A DNA stretch of 64,000 nt from an uncultured Planctomycetota bacterium (GCA_963737655.1 CAVTTN010000002.1:1728001-1792000), one strand, 5' to 3'; shown: positions 47,221 through 58,199, counted from the first letter of the stretch. The notes: a model not told the origin generated them from the sequence alone. Numbers and translations: made by a program.

Positions 47221-48390
47221 ATGCCCTCCTTCACCCTGACCGACGCCTCGGCCGACCTCTGGGTCGAGACCTTCTCCCTCGGCCCGGACGACCTGAACAT
47301 CGCCGGAGGCCCGGCCTGGTCGGTCACCAAGACCCGATTGAAGGGGGGCCGCCGCGACGGGGTGGACCTGATCCAGGTCGAGAACGGCCGGTTGGCGTTC
47401 TCCGTCATCCCGACCCGGGGAATGAACCTCTGGAAAGGGCGGCTCGGTGGTTTGGATCTGGGGTGGAAGTCGCCCGTGACCGACGGCCCGGTGAATCCGT
47501 GTTTCGTCGATCTCCAAAGCTGGGGCGGCCTGGGATGGCTCGACGGCTTCGACGAGCTCCTCGCCCGGTGTGGGACCGAGTCCTACGGCCCTCCCTTCAA
47601 GGAAGGGGACCGCTCTTACACCCTCCACGGCCGGATCTCGAACATCCCGGCGCGGTTCGTGGCCGTCCACGTCGAAGACGCGCCTCCTCATGCGATCACG
47701 ATCGAGGGGCAGGTGGACGAGTGCCGGCTGTTCTCGACCCAGACCCGTTTGGTCACGAGGATGACCACCGTCCCGGGGTCGAACCGGGTGACGATCCGAG
47801 ACGAGTTCCACAACCTCCGCGACTCCCCCGGAGAGCTCCAGATCCTGTACCACTGGAACCTCGGGCCGCCGTTGATGGAAGACGGGGCGAGGTTCCTCGC
47901 GCCGATGGAGATGATCTTGCCCCGAGACGCCGAGGCGACGCGTGGCCTCGGGCATTTCGGCGAGTACGGCCCGCCGCTCTCGGGATCGGCCGAGCAGGTC
48001 TATTTCTTCCGACTCCTGGGCGAAGGCCCCGAGGGCCGGACCCTGGCCATGCTCCGCAACCGAGCCGGAGACAGGGCGGCGGCCCTGCGGTTCTCGACGA
48101 GCCAGCTCCCCACCTTCACGCTCTGGAAATGCCAACGAGGGCCCAACGAAGGGTACGTCACCGGCCTCGAACCGGCCACCGGCTACCCCAACGCCCGCCC
48201 GTTCGAGGCCGCCCGAAACCGGGTCCTCACGATGGAACCAGGGGGCGTTTACGTCGCCGAAACGACCCTCGAAGTCCTCGATGACGCCGAGGGCGTGGCG
48301 CGGGTCGAGGCCGAAATCGCCGCGATCCAGGGGGGAAAGGCCCCGACGATCCACCCGAAGCCGGTCGAGCCATTCGTGGGCGAGGCGTGA
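47221..48390 (+). CDS. Aldose-1-epimerase-like protein (DUF4432)
   Basis: IPTRGM, TLHGRISNIPA, LYHWNLG, GYVTGLEPATGYPN. Confidence 0.85.
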   Translation: MPSFTLTDASADLWVETFSLGPDDLNIAGGPAWSVTKTRLKGGRRDGVDLIQVENGRLAFSVIPTRGMNLWKGRLGGLDLGWKSPVTDGPVNPCFVDLQSWGGLGWLDGFDELLARCGTESYGPPFKEGDRSYTLHGRISNIPARFVAVHVEDAPPHAITIEGQVDECRLFSTQTRLVTRMTTVPGSNRVTIRDEFHNLRDSPGELQILYHWNLGPPLMEDGARFLAPMEMILPRDAEATRGLGHFGEYGPPLSGSAEQVYFFRLLGEGPEGRTLAMLRNRAGDRAAALRFSTSQLPTFTLWKCQRGPNEGYVTGLEPATGYPNARPFEAARNRVLTMEPGGVYVAETTLEVLDDAEGVARVEAEIAAIQGGKAPTIHPKPVEPFVGEA

Positions 48391-48397
48391 GGGGCCG

Positions 48398-50524
48398 TCA
48401 AGCCTGTCGGGCGCGGAGGAGCCTCAGCGCGTTGGCCACGACGAGGAGGCTGACGCCCACGTCGGCCGCGATGGCCATCCAGAGGTTCGCGACGCCGAGG
48501 ACCGCCAGGACGAGGACCGCCGCCTTCGTCGAAAGGGCCAAGACGATGTTTTGACGGATGGTCCGCAGCGTCCGCCGTCCGAGGCGGACGAGCCAGGGAA
48601 GGCCGGTCAGGTCGTCGGCCATCAGGACGACGTCGGCGGTCTCCAGGGCGGTGGCGCTGGAGATCCCGCCCAGGGCGACGCTGACACGGGCTTCGGCCAG
48701 GGCGGGGGCGTCGTTCACGCCGTCGCCGACCATCCCGGTGGGGCCTCGGCGCCTCTGGATCTCGGCGATGGCGAGGGCCTTGTCCTGGGGCAGGAGGCCC
48801 GATCGACGGTCGGCGATGCCGAGTTCCTCGGCCACGGCGGCGGCGGTCGGGGCGTTGTCGCCGGTGAGCATCACGGCCTCGATCCCCAGGGCCGCCAGGT
48901 CGGCCAGGACCTTCGCGGCCTCGGGCCTCGGCCGGTCGGCCAGGCGAATCCAGCCCCAGGCGCCGGCCTCGCCGGCCACCGCCACGGCCGTCCCCGAGTC
49001 ATTCTCCGCGCGAACCAACCGGGCGTGGAACTCGGGCGGGCAGAGGCCGGATTCATCGAGAAATCGGTGACTGCCGACGTGGTAACGCGATGAATCGACG
49101 GTCGCCGTCGCCCCCAGGCCCGGGACGGCCCGGTAGTCGCCGGCCTCGGGGATCGCCAGCGAATGCTCCCGGGCGTGGCGGGCGATCGCGCGGCCCAGGA
49201 CGTGGCCGCCGAGGTCGCCGAGCGCCGCGGCGATCTTCAGGAGATCATCCCCGGGCCGACCCTCCTCCGGGACGACCTCCACCACCGAGGGTTCGCCCCG
49301 GGTCAGCGTCCCGGTCTTGTCGAAGGCGAGCACGCGGAGCCGGCCGACCTCTTCGAGGAACTGCCCGCCCTTGACCAAAATCCCCCGCCTCGCCGCCGCC
49401 GCCAGGGCCGCCACTACCGCCACCGGGGTGGCGATCACCAGGGCGCACGGGCAGGCGATCACCAGGACCACCAACCCCCGGAGGAACCACTCCCGCCAGC
49501 CCCCCGACGCCCCGAGCAGGGGGGGCCCGAGCATCACCGCCATCGCCACAATCAGGACGGCCGGCGTGTACACGGCCGCGAATCGCTCGATCGTCCGTTC
49601 CACCGGGGCCCGGCCCTTTTGCGCCGAGCGGACCCCCTCGGCGATCCGCGAGACGACGGACTCGTTCAGCGGGGCGCCGGCCTCGACCTCCAGCGAACCC
49701 TCGCCGTTGACCGTCCCGGCGAAGACCGGGTCGCCAGGGCCTCGGTCCACCGGGACCGACTCGCCGGTGATCGCCTTCTGGTCCAGGCTCGACCTCCCCG
49801 AGACGACCCGGCCGTCGATCGGCACCCGCTCGCCGGCGCGAACGCGGACGCGGTCGCCGGCCACGAGGTCGGCCGCCGGGACTACCCGGGTCGAGCCGTC
49901 GGGGCCGATCCTCTCGGCGGTCTCCGGGGCGATCTCCAGCAAGGCCCGGACGGCCCGTCGGGCGCGGTCCAGGCTCAGGGCCTCCAACGCCTCGGAGAGC
50001 CCGAAGAGGAACGCGATCGTCGCCGCTTCGTCCAGTTGACCCAGGGCCGCCGCGCCGACCACGGCCACGGCCATCAAAACGTGAATATCCAGCCGGAACG
50101 AGCGGATCGACCGCAGGGCCCGGGGGACCAGGCCCACGGCCCCGATCAGCGCCGAGCCGGCCAGGACCAGCCGGGAGGCCGGGGCAGGCCCTCCGGCCGC
50201 GTCGATCGCCATGCCGACCGCCAGCAGGAGGCCCGAGCCGACCGTAGGGCCCCAGCGAGAAAGGCTTGACGGAGACGGCTTGGGTCCGGTCTCGGACGCC
50301 CCGCCGACGACCTCGGCCCTCATCCCGGCCTTCTCGGCGATCTTGTGAATCAGGGAGGACGGTCCGATCTTTGCAGGATCGTACTGGACGGTCATGATCC
50401 CGTTCATGGGATCAAATCCCAGGTCGGCAACTCCGGCCGTCCCGGCGAGGGCCGATCGAAGGGCCGGGATCTCGGCCGGGCAATCCAGGCCCGCGACCCG
50501 CAGGACACATCGGGCTTCGGCCAT
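48398..50524 (-). CDS. Heavy-metal P1B-type ATPase (Zn/Cd/Pb-type)
   Basis: GLDCPAE HMA domain, TGES, ACPCAL, DKTGT, GDGVNDAP. Confidence 0.92.
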   Translation of the reverse strand: MAEARCVLRVAGLDCPAEIPALRSALAGTAGVADLGFDPMNGIMTVQYDPAKIGPSSLIHKIAEKAGMRAEVVGGASETGPKPSPSSLSRWGPTVGSGLLLAVGMAIDAAGGPAPASRLVLAGSALIGAVGLVPRALRSIRSFRLDIHVLMAVAVVGAAALGQLDEAATIAFLFGLSEALEALSLDRARRAVRALLEIAPETAERIGPDGSTRVVPAADLVAGDRVRVRAGERVPIDGRVVSGRSSLDQKAITGESVPVDRGPGDPVFAGTVNGEGSLEVEAGAPLNESVVSRIAEGVRSAQKGRAPVERTIERFAAVYTPAVLIVAMAVMLGPPLLGASGGWREWFLRGLVVLVIACPCALVIATPVAVVAALAAAARRGILVKGGQFLEEVGRLRVLAFDKTGTLTRGEPSVVEVVPEEGRPGDDLLKIAAALGDLGGHVLGRAIARHAREHSLAIPEAGDYRAVPGLGATATVDSSRYHVGSHRFLDESGLCPPEFHARLVRAENDSGTAVAVAGEAGAWGWIRLADRPRPEAAKVLADLAALGIEAVMLTGDNAPTAAAVAEELGIADRRSGLLPQDKALAIAEIQRRRGPTGMVGDGVNDAPALAEARVSVALGGISSATALETADVVLMADDLTGLPWLVRLGRRTLRTIRQNIVLALSTKAAVLVLAVLGVANLWMAIAADVGVSLLVVANALRLLRARQA

Positions 50525-50711
50525 CCTTCGGGGACCTCGGGGCCTCGGGGAACTGGCGGCGCCAGAGGCGGGCCGCCTGACTCCGGCCATTATAGGGAAA
50601 GCCCGAGGGCCGGGCAGCGCGACCTGGGGCCGCCCCGGGTTGTCTCGTCCCCGTGCCCTCGACTAGACTGGACCGTCGAAGTCTTCCGGCGGTCTTTCCC
50701 GGCGAGGGATC

Positions 50712-51311
50712 ATGGGCGACGTCTATTTCGTCCGGTTCGGCATGATGCGGCACGTCGCGCGGTTCGCGGCCGGCTCCGGAGGCCGCTTCGCCGCCGGGGA
50801 TCAGGTCGTCGTCGGCTCCTGGCGAGGGGCCGAGCTCGGGCAGGTCCTGGCCCTGACGACCGATCCGGACGATCCCAAGCTTCCCCCGCTCCGCCGGGCG
50901 GGTCCGGAAGACCTGGAAGCGGCCGAAAGGGGCGAGGCGGACCGGGGCCGTCGGCTCTCGGCGTGCGAGGCCGTCTTCCGGGACGGCCTTTGGCCCCTGG
51001 AATTGATCGACGTCGAGCCGATGCTCGACGACCGCCGGACCGTCGTCCTGTACCTGGGCCCCCACCGCCTGGACGCCTCGGGCCTGGCCCAGGCGGTCCG
51101 CGATTCGTGCGGACTCGACATCGTCCTTCAGCCGGTCGGTCGCGACGAGCCGGCCGAGGACGAGAGCCACGGCGGCTGCGGGTCGTGCGGCGAGGGGGGG
51201 GGCTGCGGGTCCACGGGGGGCGGCTGCGGGTCCGAAGGCGGCTCGGGGTGCGGTTCCTGCGCCGTCAAGGACCTCGTCCGTCACGCCAGCGTCCCGGCCG
51301 GGGACCATTAG
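50712..51311 (+). CDS. PSP1/RicT-like protein with Cys-Gly-rich tail
   Basis: GDQVVV..RGAELGQV, LIDVE...VLYL, GCGSCG...GCGSC. Confidence 0.75.
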   Translation: MGDVYFVRFGMMRHVARFAAGSGGRFAAGDQVVVGSWRGAELGQVLALTTDPDDPKLPPLRRAGPEDLEAAERGEADRGRRLSACEAVFRDGLWPLELIDVEPMLDDRRTVVLYLGPHRLDASGLAQAVRDSCGLDIVLQPVGRDEPAEDESHGGCGSCGEGGGCGSTGGGCGSEGGSGCGSCAVKDLVRHASVPAGDH

Positions 51312-51504
51312 GGCGGTCCCGGCCGGGGGTGCGACCGAATCCGACGAGGACCGGCCCCGACCGGTTCGCGGTTGATTTCGCCGCTCCGATTTTGTAATCG
51401 GGATTTCGTTCTCGGGGGATAGTTTGCTTGTACGGGAAAAATTCCCGGCTTGAACAATACGCATGGGAGGCTTTCCGGATGGTTTTTCGGGAGACGATGC
51501 CGTC

Positions 51505-51699
51505 ATGCCCCGAGTTCGCAACCCCCGCTTCGCGCCGGAGTGGCTGGAGAGGAAGCTCAGCCCGTCGAACGTGGTCGCCGCCCCCTCGGCGATCGTGACG
51601 ACCATGACGTTCGATGACCCCGAGCCGCTGCCGCCCGAAGTGCCGGGCGACCCGCCGATCGAGCCGATCACCCCGACCGGCCCGACCGGCCCAGGCTGA
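51505..51699 (+). CDS. Small protein with planctomycete export-like leader and Pro-rich tail
   Basis: MPRVRNPRFAPEWLERKLSPS...DDPEPLPPEVPGDPPIEP; 64 aa, GC3-biased codons. Confidence 0.6.
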   Translation: MPRVRNPRFAPEWLERKLSPSNVVAAPSAIVTTMTFDDPEPLPPEVPGDPPIEPITPTGPTGPG

Positions 51700-51736
51700 G
51701 GAGAGGGAGAAAGTCCGACCCGGCCCCGGGACGGAC

Positions 51737-54638
51737 TTAAGGGGCCGAGCCCGGCCGAAGGCCCAGGAGGGCCGTGATCCGCTCGCGGGCCCCGTCGAAG
51801 GCCGGATCGTTGGCGAAGTGGTGATCGAATCGGCCGGGCTCGGCCCGGGAGGCGTGGCCGAAGGACTCGGCCGCGCGCTCGATCAGCCCCTCGGGACCGC
51901 CATAGGAGGCGGAGGCGGCCAGGGACCGGGACAGGACGTAATCGGAGTCGGCGACCAGGGGGGAATTGGGCTTCAGGATGAGGCGGGCCCGCGGCCCCGG
52001 CCTCCGCGGCGCGAACGGCCTCCGTCGGGAGCCGGGAACGCAGCCGGGCCGCCGCCAGATAGTGGTAGGCGCGAATGGCCCGGGCGTCGGCTCGGAGGAG
52101 TTCCTCGAACCTGGCGTGGTCGATCAGTGCGGCCATCTCGTTGGCTCCCTCGTTCCTCCTCAGGGAGTAGAGCAGCAGGGCCCGATCGAACCGGGCGGGG
52201 AGGTGCTCGGGGTCGGCGTCCAGGGCCCGGTCATACTCGGCCAGGGCGGCGTCGGGTCGGCCGGAGCGATGGAGCAGGGTGGCGATCAGCGAGTGGGCCT
52301 GGGCGTCGTCCGGGGCGGGGTCCGGAGCGTCGTCGGGCGAGGGCAGCGCGGCCCCATCCAGGGAGGAGCTCGCGAAGCCGAGTTCCCAGGCCGAGGCCCG
52401 CCCTTCGGCCCGGGAGAGCCGGGAAAACCGCCGGGAGTCCGCCTCGGCGGCCTCGGGTTGGCCCATGCGGATGTGAGCCAGGGCGCGATTGCGGTAGGCG
52501 TCGCGGAGGTCGGGGTCGATCTCCAGGGCCCGATCGCACTCGGCCAGGGCCGCCTCGACCCGCCCCAGGGCGAGCAGGCACCCGGCCCTCTGCACCTTCA
52601 GGGCCGGGTTCCTCGGTCTCCTCGTCTCGCACTGGGCGAGGAATTCGGCGGCCGAGGCGAACTCGGAGAGGCGGAACGCCGAGGCCGAGGCGCGAAGGAG
52701 GGTCCAGAACGATCCGGGGCGCTCGGCCAGAGCCTGCCGAAACAGGGCGAGGGCGTCCGAGGCATGCTCGGTCTCGGCTTCCAGGCCCAGCGCGTGTAGT
52801 TCCAGCCACCGGGGCGGCGGCCCCCCGGTCGAGGGCGGCGGGGGGGCCTCTCCCAGTCTCTCGCGGAGGGTCCGGCGCCTCTCCCGCCACGGGGCCAGGC
52901 TAGCCCACCGGGGGGACGCCTCCAGGACGGCCAGGGCCCGGCGGACGTCCTCCGGCGAGTCGCGGCGATCGGCCAGGGCCGAGCTCAGTCTCCAGGCGGC
53001 CTCCATCAGCCAGGTTTCTAGGTCGTCCCGGTCCTCGGGACGGAGGCTCCGGACATCGTCCCGCGATCGCCAGTCCTCGGGGCCCAGGACCGCGAACAGC
53101 TCCAGGTGGGCCCGGGCCGTCGCCGCCGGGTCGTCGAGCGGTTCGGCCCTCCACTGGCCGACTCGCCTCATCCGGAAGATCGTCGGGTCGCCGCTGTCCC
53201 AGAGCGAGGCGAGTTTGGCCTCGGCCGCCGCCCTGTGCGACTGGTGGAGGGCGGAGGAGGCGACGGCCGAAGCCAGGACGGCGATCCCGGCCACGGCCGC
53301 GAAGGCCGCGGCCGGGGCCTTGCGGCGGCGGAGCCACCGGCCGAGCCTCATCGCCGGCCAGAGGGGGTCGTCGGCCACTTCCGGAGCGCGGTCGGCCCTC
53401 CAGAGATCCAGGTCCCGGGCCAGGTCGCCCATCCTCGCGTAGCGGTCCCGGGGGTCGGGGGCGAGGCAGCGGTCGAGGATCGGGCGGAGTCCGACGGGCA
53501 CGCCCCGGGAGGCCGACCACCAGGACGGGTCCAGGGCGCCTCGGCCCTCGAACAGGACTCGGGCGATCGATCGGGGCGAGCCTCTCTGGGAGTCGGGCAC
53601 CTCGGGCCTCCGGCCGGTCAGGGCTTCGCGGAGGACCAGGCCGAGCGAGTAGAGGTCGGCCCGGGGGCGGTCCTCGGGCCGGACGGCCGAGGGCTTCCCC
53701 TCGGCCCGGGCCCGGAGCCGTTCCGGGGCCATGTAGGCGAGCGTCCCGCCGGGGTCCGTCGAGCCGCCGGCCCGGCGGTCGGCCGAGAGGTTGAAGTCCA
53801 GGAGCATGGGGCGGCCGTCGGCGGCGATCAGGACATTGGCGGGCTTCAGGTCGCCGTGGGTCACGCCCAGGCGCTCGGCGTGGTCGAGGGCCTCGGCCAG
53901 CCGGGCGATCAGCCAGGCCACGGCCCGGGGACCGTCGGACGAGGCGATCCGCTCTCGGGCCGGGCCCGGGGCCGTCGGAAGGAATTCGGGGGCCGCGACG
54001 CGATCCAGGGCCTCCAGGAACCCCCGGCCGGTCCGCCGCGATCGCGCGCCGATCCGGTCCTGTTCGGCCAGGACGTCGGCCCAGGTCGCCCCGCCCTGGA
54101 ACGGGAAGGCGATCAGGTGGAGCCCGCCGTCGTCGGTCGTCGCCTGGCGGAGGACTTCCACGATATGGGGGTGGCGGGCCCGGGCCAGGAGCCGGGCCTC
54201 GGGAGACGGCCGGGGCGAGAGCTTCAGGACCACCAGGCGGTCTTCCAGGTCCGCCTGTTCGGCCAGGAAGACGCGGGCCAGGCCGCCCCGGCCCAGTTCC
54301 CGGAGCAAGCGGTACGGGCCGATCTCGTCGCCGGCCGAGGGGGGCTCGACCGGCCCGGGGGCCGGGCCGTCCAGGAGCGAATCCGGCCCCTCGGAGGTCG
54401 GCGCCAGGAGCCGGCCGAGGATCTCGGTCAGCTCGGGGAATCGCCCGAGGTAGTCGTCCGGGTCGGGGTCGAGTCCTCCGGCGTCAGCCAGGAGGAATTC
54501 CTGGTAGACCAGGGCGGCCAGGTCGTTCGGATCGGCCGCGCCGAGCCTCTCGGCGAATTCCTCGGCCTTCGGGCGCTCGCCCCGGGCCCATCGGTCGGCG
54601 AATTCGTCGAGGCAGTCGTCCAGGGGGTCGGAGGTCAT
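51737..54638 (-). CDS. Ser/Thr protein kinase with TPR repeats (frameshift near 51995)
   Basis: LGRGGLARV, HGDLKPAN, DFN, GTLAYMAPE; hydrophobic segment, TPRs; the shifted frame ends with TAA at 51737. Confidence 0.85.
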
Positions 54639-55240
54639 CGCTTGCCCCCCTCGTCCAGGCGCTTCCTCGCGGCCTCCAGGACCCGGCGGACGGTCCACTC
54701 CCGGAGCCCCAGCCTCTGGGCGACTTCCTCGACGGTCAGCCCCTGGCGGCGGAGGGCCACGATCGCCGCTTGCCTCGGGTCGGGCCCGGCGCTCAGGCGA
54801 TCGAAGCACTCCTCGGCCTGGGCCTCCTGGCTGGGGGAGGGGTCGGGCGAGGGGAGGTCGCGGGGGGCGTCCGACCCGCCCCGGCGGACGTACAGCGGTT
54901 CCTCTCGACCCAGATCGAACTTGCGGGTCCGTGTCCTCCTGCGGAACTCTTCCAGGACCTTGTTCCGGGCCATCCCGGCGAGGTAGCGGCGGAACTGGGC
55001 GACCGTGCGGAACTCGTCCGGGTCGGGGCCTCCGGCCAGGAGGCTGCCCCAGACGTCCTGGACGAAGTCCATCGAGTCGTACCGGGCCCGAAGCACCCGC
55101 GGGAGACGGCCCCGGACGGCCGAGCGGACGTCGGCCTCGAACGCCGAGAGCAGGAGGGCCTGCGCCTCGGCGTTGCCGGCTCGGGCCCGGTCCATCATCC
55201 CGGCGAATTCGGCGTCATCCATCATCACGGACCCCTCCAT
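54635..55240 (-). CDS. ECF sigma factor (kinase-associated type)
   Basis: RARYDSMDFVQDVW, YLAGMARNK, PSPSQEA; ATGA overlap with the kinase. Confidence 0.85.
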   Translation of the reverse strand: MEGSVMMDDAEFAGMMDRARAGNAEAQALLLSAFEADVRSAVRGRLPRVLRARYDSMDFVQDVWGSLLAGGPDPDEFRTVAQFRRYLAGMARNKVLEEFRRRTRTRKFDLGREEPLYVRRGGSDAPRDLPSPDPSPSQEAQAEECFDRLSAGPDPRQAAIVALRRQGLTVEEVAQRLGLREWTVRRVLEAARKRLDEGGKR

Positions 55241-55561
55241 CGTCGAGGGACCGACCCGCCTTACTCGTGTCAGCCTACGGGTCGCGACGGATTATTATAA
55301 CGGCACTCCCGGTCCAAAGGCAGGGAGCTTCCGCGGAATTGGCCCCGAAAAGCGGAGTGCTCGGAAGATCCGGCGAGATTCTTTCCGGATTTCGCGCCGG
55401 TCCCTCGCGCCGATTGCAACCGGGAGGGTGCCGCCCGCCTCCGAGAGGGGGGAGGGACGGCGAGGAGGAGCCTTCCGCCGACCCACGGACGGGGCGACCG
55501 GACGACGGCCGACCGGGCGAGAGGTTTCGCCTGTCTCGGCCTTCTGGATTGGGAGCCACCG

Positions 55562-56464
55562 ATGATCCGCCCCTGGATGGCGAGCCGAGAGGCCGCCGGC
55601 ACGCTTGATCCCTACCTCCGCTCGATCCGCGCCGACTCCCTGTTGACGGCCGAGGAGGAGCGCGAACTGGCCGCCGCGATCGCCCGAGGGGATCGCGAGG
55701 CGACGGCCCGGATGATCCGGGCCAACCTCCGCCTGGTTGTGCGGATCGCCCGCGAATACCTCGGCCGGGGGCTGCCCCTGGATGACCTCGTGGGCGAGGG
55801 GAACCTCGGGCTGATCCGGGCGGTCCGCGACTACGATCCGGCCTTCGGCACCCGCTTCAGCACCTATGCGGCCCACTGGATTCGCCAGGCGATCCGCCAG
55901 GCCCTGCTGACGACGGCCGAGACGATCCGCTTGCCCGCGCACATGGTCGGCCTCCTGACCCGATGGCGGCGGGCCGAGCGCTCCCTGAGGCGGGACCTGG
56001 GCCGCGAGCCCTCGGCCCGGGAGATCGCCGACGCCCTGGAGCTGTCCGAGGCCCAGAGGGGGATGGTCGAGCAAGCGTTGCGGGCCCGCCGCCTGAGGCT
56101 CGACGGCGACCGGCCCGGCGGCTCGGATTCGTCTTCGTTCGACGAGGCGGCCGTCGCCCCGATCGCCGCCATCGACGCCCGCCCCTCCCCCGAGGAGCAG
56201 GCGGAGACCTCCGAGGCGATCGCCCAGGTCCTCCGCCGGCTCGATCGGCTCGACGGCCGGGAACGGACGGTCGTCTCCCTGAGGTTCGGCCTGGACGGCC
56301 ACGAGCCGATGACCTTGAAGGAGGTCGGCCGCCGCCTCGGGGTCACTCGGGAGTGGGTCCGCAAGATCGAGGTCCGGGCCGTCCGCAAGCTCGACGACGC
56401 CCCGGCCGCCCCGCCGCCCCCCGCGATGGCCCGCCTCCGCCGCCGGGCCGTGTCGGTTGGCTGA
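55562..56464 (+). CDS. RpoD/RpoS-like sigma-70 factor lacking region 1.1
   Basis: ANLRLVV, DLVGEGNLGL, RFSTYAAHWIRQ, TLKEVGRRLGVTREWVRKIE. Confidence 0.9.
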   Translation: MIRPWMASREAAGTLDPYLRSIRADSLLTAEEERELAAAIARGDREATARMIRANLRLVVRIAREYLGRGLPLDDLVGEGNLGLIRAVRDYDPAFGTRFSTYAAHWIRQAIRQALLTTAETIRLPAHMVGLLTRWRRAERSLRRDLGREPSAREIADALELSEAQRGMVEQALRARRLRLDGDRPGGSDSSSFDEAAVAPIAAIDARPSPEEQAETSEAIAQVLRRLDRLDGRERTVVSLRFGLDGHEPMTLKEVGRRLGVTREWVRKIEVRAVRKLDDAPAAPPPPAMARLRRRAVSVG

Positions 56465-56491
56465 GTCGGAGGCTTCGGTCGGGACCGGCGG

Positions 56492-56833
56492 TCACGACTC
56501 GCGGCCCCCGGGCACGATCTGAGCGGCCGTCCCGTAGCAAAGGACCTCGGTGACTCCGGGGGCGATCTCGGTGGCGTCGTAGCGGACCGCCAGGATCGCG
56601 TTGGCCCCGAGCTCCTCGGCGTGGCGGATCATGAGGTCATACGCCTCCGACCGGGTCCTCTCGCACAGGGCCGTGTAAACCGAGATGTTGCCGCCGAAGA
56701 GCATCTGGATCGCCGCCGCGAAGTTGCCGACGACGCTCCGGGATCGGACCACGATCCCCCGGACGACGCCCAGGGTCTTGGCGACCCGAGTCCCGGGGAT
56801 TTCGAACGTGCCGACGACGAGATTGTGATCCAC
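56492..56833 (-). CDS. YbjQ/UPF0145 family protein
   Basis: LGVVRGIVVRSR...AEELGANAILAVRYD...EVLCYGTA. Confidence 0.88.
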   Translation of the reverse strand: MDHNLVVGTFEIPGTRVAKTLGVVRGIVVRSRSVVGNFAAAIQMLFGGNISVYTALCERTRSEAYDLMIRHAEELGANAILAVRYDATEIAPGVTEVLCYGTAAQIVPGGRES

Positions 56834-56967
56834 GGCCGCTCTCCGGACGCTGTCTGAACGCTCGGGCCCGCCGAGGGGCCTCGTCGAAGGGGATTCGCGT
56901 CCCGGGGGCCGTCCTTGGAGGCGACCTCGGGATTGACCCGGGCCGGAGCCGGTCCTAGCCTGGAGCC

Positions 56968-57753
56968 ATGAACGGCCCGCCCTCACCCTCCCGCCGCGAT
57001 TTCGTCCGGGTCGCCGGCTCGGCGGTCCTCGTCCCCGCTCTGGCCCGGGGATCGCCCTCCGAGTCGGCCGTGGCGCGGTTTTTCCGGTCGCTCCGGGCCG
57101 ATCAAAGGGCCGAACTCGCCTTCCCGGCCGATCATCCGCTGAGGTCTCGGGCCTCGAATCACTGGGCGGTCGCCCGGCCGACCGTCGCCGAGCTTTCGGC
57201 CGATCAGAAGGCTCTCTGCGGGCGGATCGTCCGCGAACTCCTGACCGAAGACGGGCACCGCCGGCTCCTCCGGGTCATGGACGACGACGGAGGCGGGTTC
57301 GACCGCTACCACCCGGCCGTTTTCGGCGATCCGGACTCCCCCGGCGCGTTCCAGTGGGTCCTGACCGGCCGTCACGTGACCATCCGCGCCGACGGCCGAT
57401 CGGCCGAGGCCACGGTCCCGAGCGGCCCTCTGTTCCTCGGACATTCCCAACCGGGCGAACGGAACGTCTGGGCGGCCCTGGGCGATCGGGCGAAACGGGC
57501 CCTGGGTGCGCCGGAGGTCGGCCCGGCGAGGATCGCCGATCTCCTCCGAGCGTTGATCGGCCCATTCCGCGCCTTCGCCATGCCGGAGGTCGGCGCCGGC
57601 CTGGACGCTCCCGACAAGCTCCGGCTCACGGGTTATCGGCAAGGGGGCGCCTGGACGCTCGAAGGACCGGGCTTTTCCTGGTACTTCCACGACTCGCCGC
57701 ACGTTCATGGCTGGCTCGTGGTGGGCGATCCGGCCCGTCCGGGGGCCGGTTAG
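56968..57753 (+). CDS. DUF3500-like protein with Tat signal
   Basis: SRRDFV leader; FQWVLTGRHVTIRADG; WYFHDSPHVH. Confidence 0.7.
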   Translation: MNGPPSPSRRDFVRVAGSAVLVPALARGSPSESAVARFFRSLRADQRAELAFPADHPLRSRASNHWAVARPTVAELSADQKALCGRIVRELLTEDGHRRLLRVMDDDGGGFDRYHPAVFGDPDSPGAFQWVLTGRHVTIRADGRSAEATVPSGPLFLGHSQPGERNVWAALGDRAKRALGAPEVGPARIADLLRALIGPFRAFAMPEVGAGLDAPDKLRLTGYRQGGAWTLEGPGFSWYFHDSPHVHGWLVVGDPARPGAG

Positions 57754-57821
57754 GGCCGGACGGCATCGCGGTTGCACAAAAAAACGGGATTGTGGGCTGG
57801 CCCGATCGATGGGAGGTTCTG

Positions 57822-58166
57822 ATGCGATTCCGTCACCCGATTTCGACGTCCGCCGGGCTGCTCCTCGCCTCGGTGGTGGTCCTGGGCGTCTCGGCCTCGT
57901 CGGCCCGAGCCCAGTTCCCGGTCTTCTACGGAGGCCAGGTCCTCACCCCATTCGGCAACCGAGGGAGCGACGGCTCGTATCGCTACCCCTCGACGACACG
58001 CTCTTACGGGGCCCCGAGGGGCTATTCCCGGGTCGTCCCGGCGTCTCGCACCTACTACGCCCCCCAGAGGATGTACTACCAGCCGCAACGGATGTACTAC
58101 ACCCCCTATCCGGGGCAGGCTCCGTACGCGACCCCTGGCAGGGCCATCTACGGCTATCGCCGTTGA
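57822..58166 (+). CDS. Secreted Tyr-rich small protein
   Basis: Signal peptide ending ARA; YYAPQRMYYQPQRMYY. Confidence 0.7.
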   Translation: MRFRHPISTSAGLLLASVVVLGVSASSARAQFPVFYGGQVLTPFGNRGSDGSYRYPSTTRSYGAPRGYSRVVPASRTYYAPQRMYYQPQRMYYTPYPGQAPYATPGRAIYGYRR

Positions 58167-58199
58167 TCCGTCGAAATGCATCCCATGGGCTGGGAGGCG

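Noticed and set aside
50412..51736. C-terminal extension of the kinase in the 1465-aa ORF
   Set aside because: Read-through caused by the frameshift near 51995; it overlaps real plus-strand genes, and the corrected frame stops at 51737.
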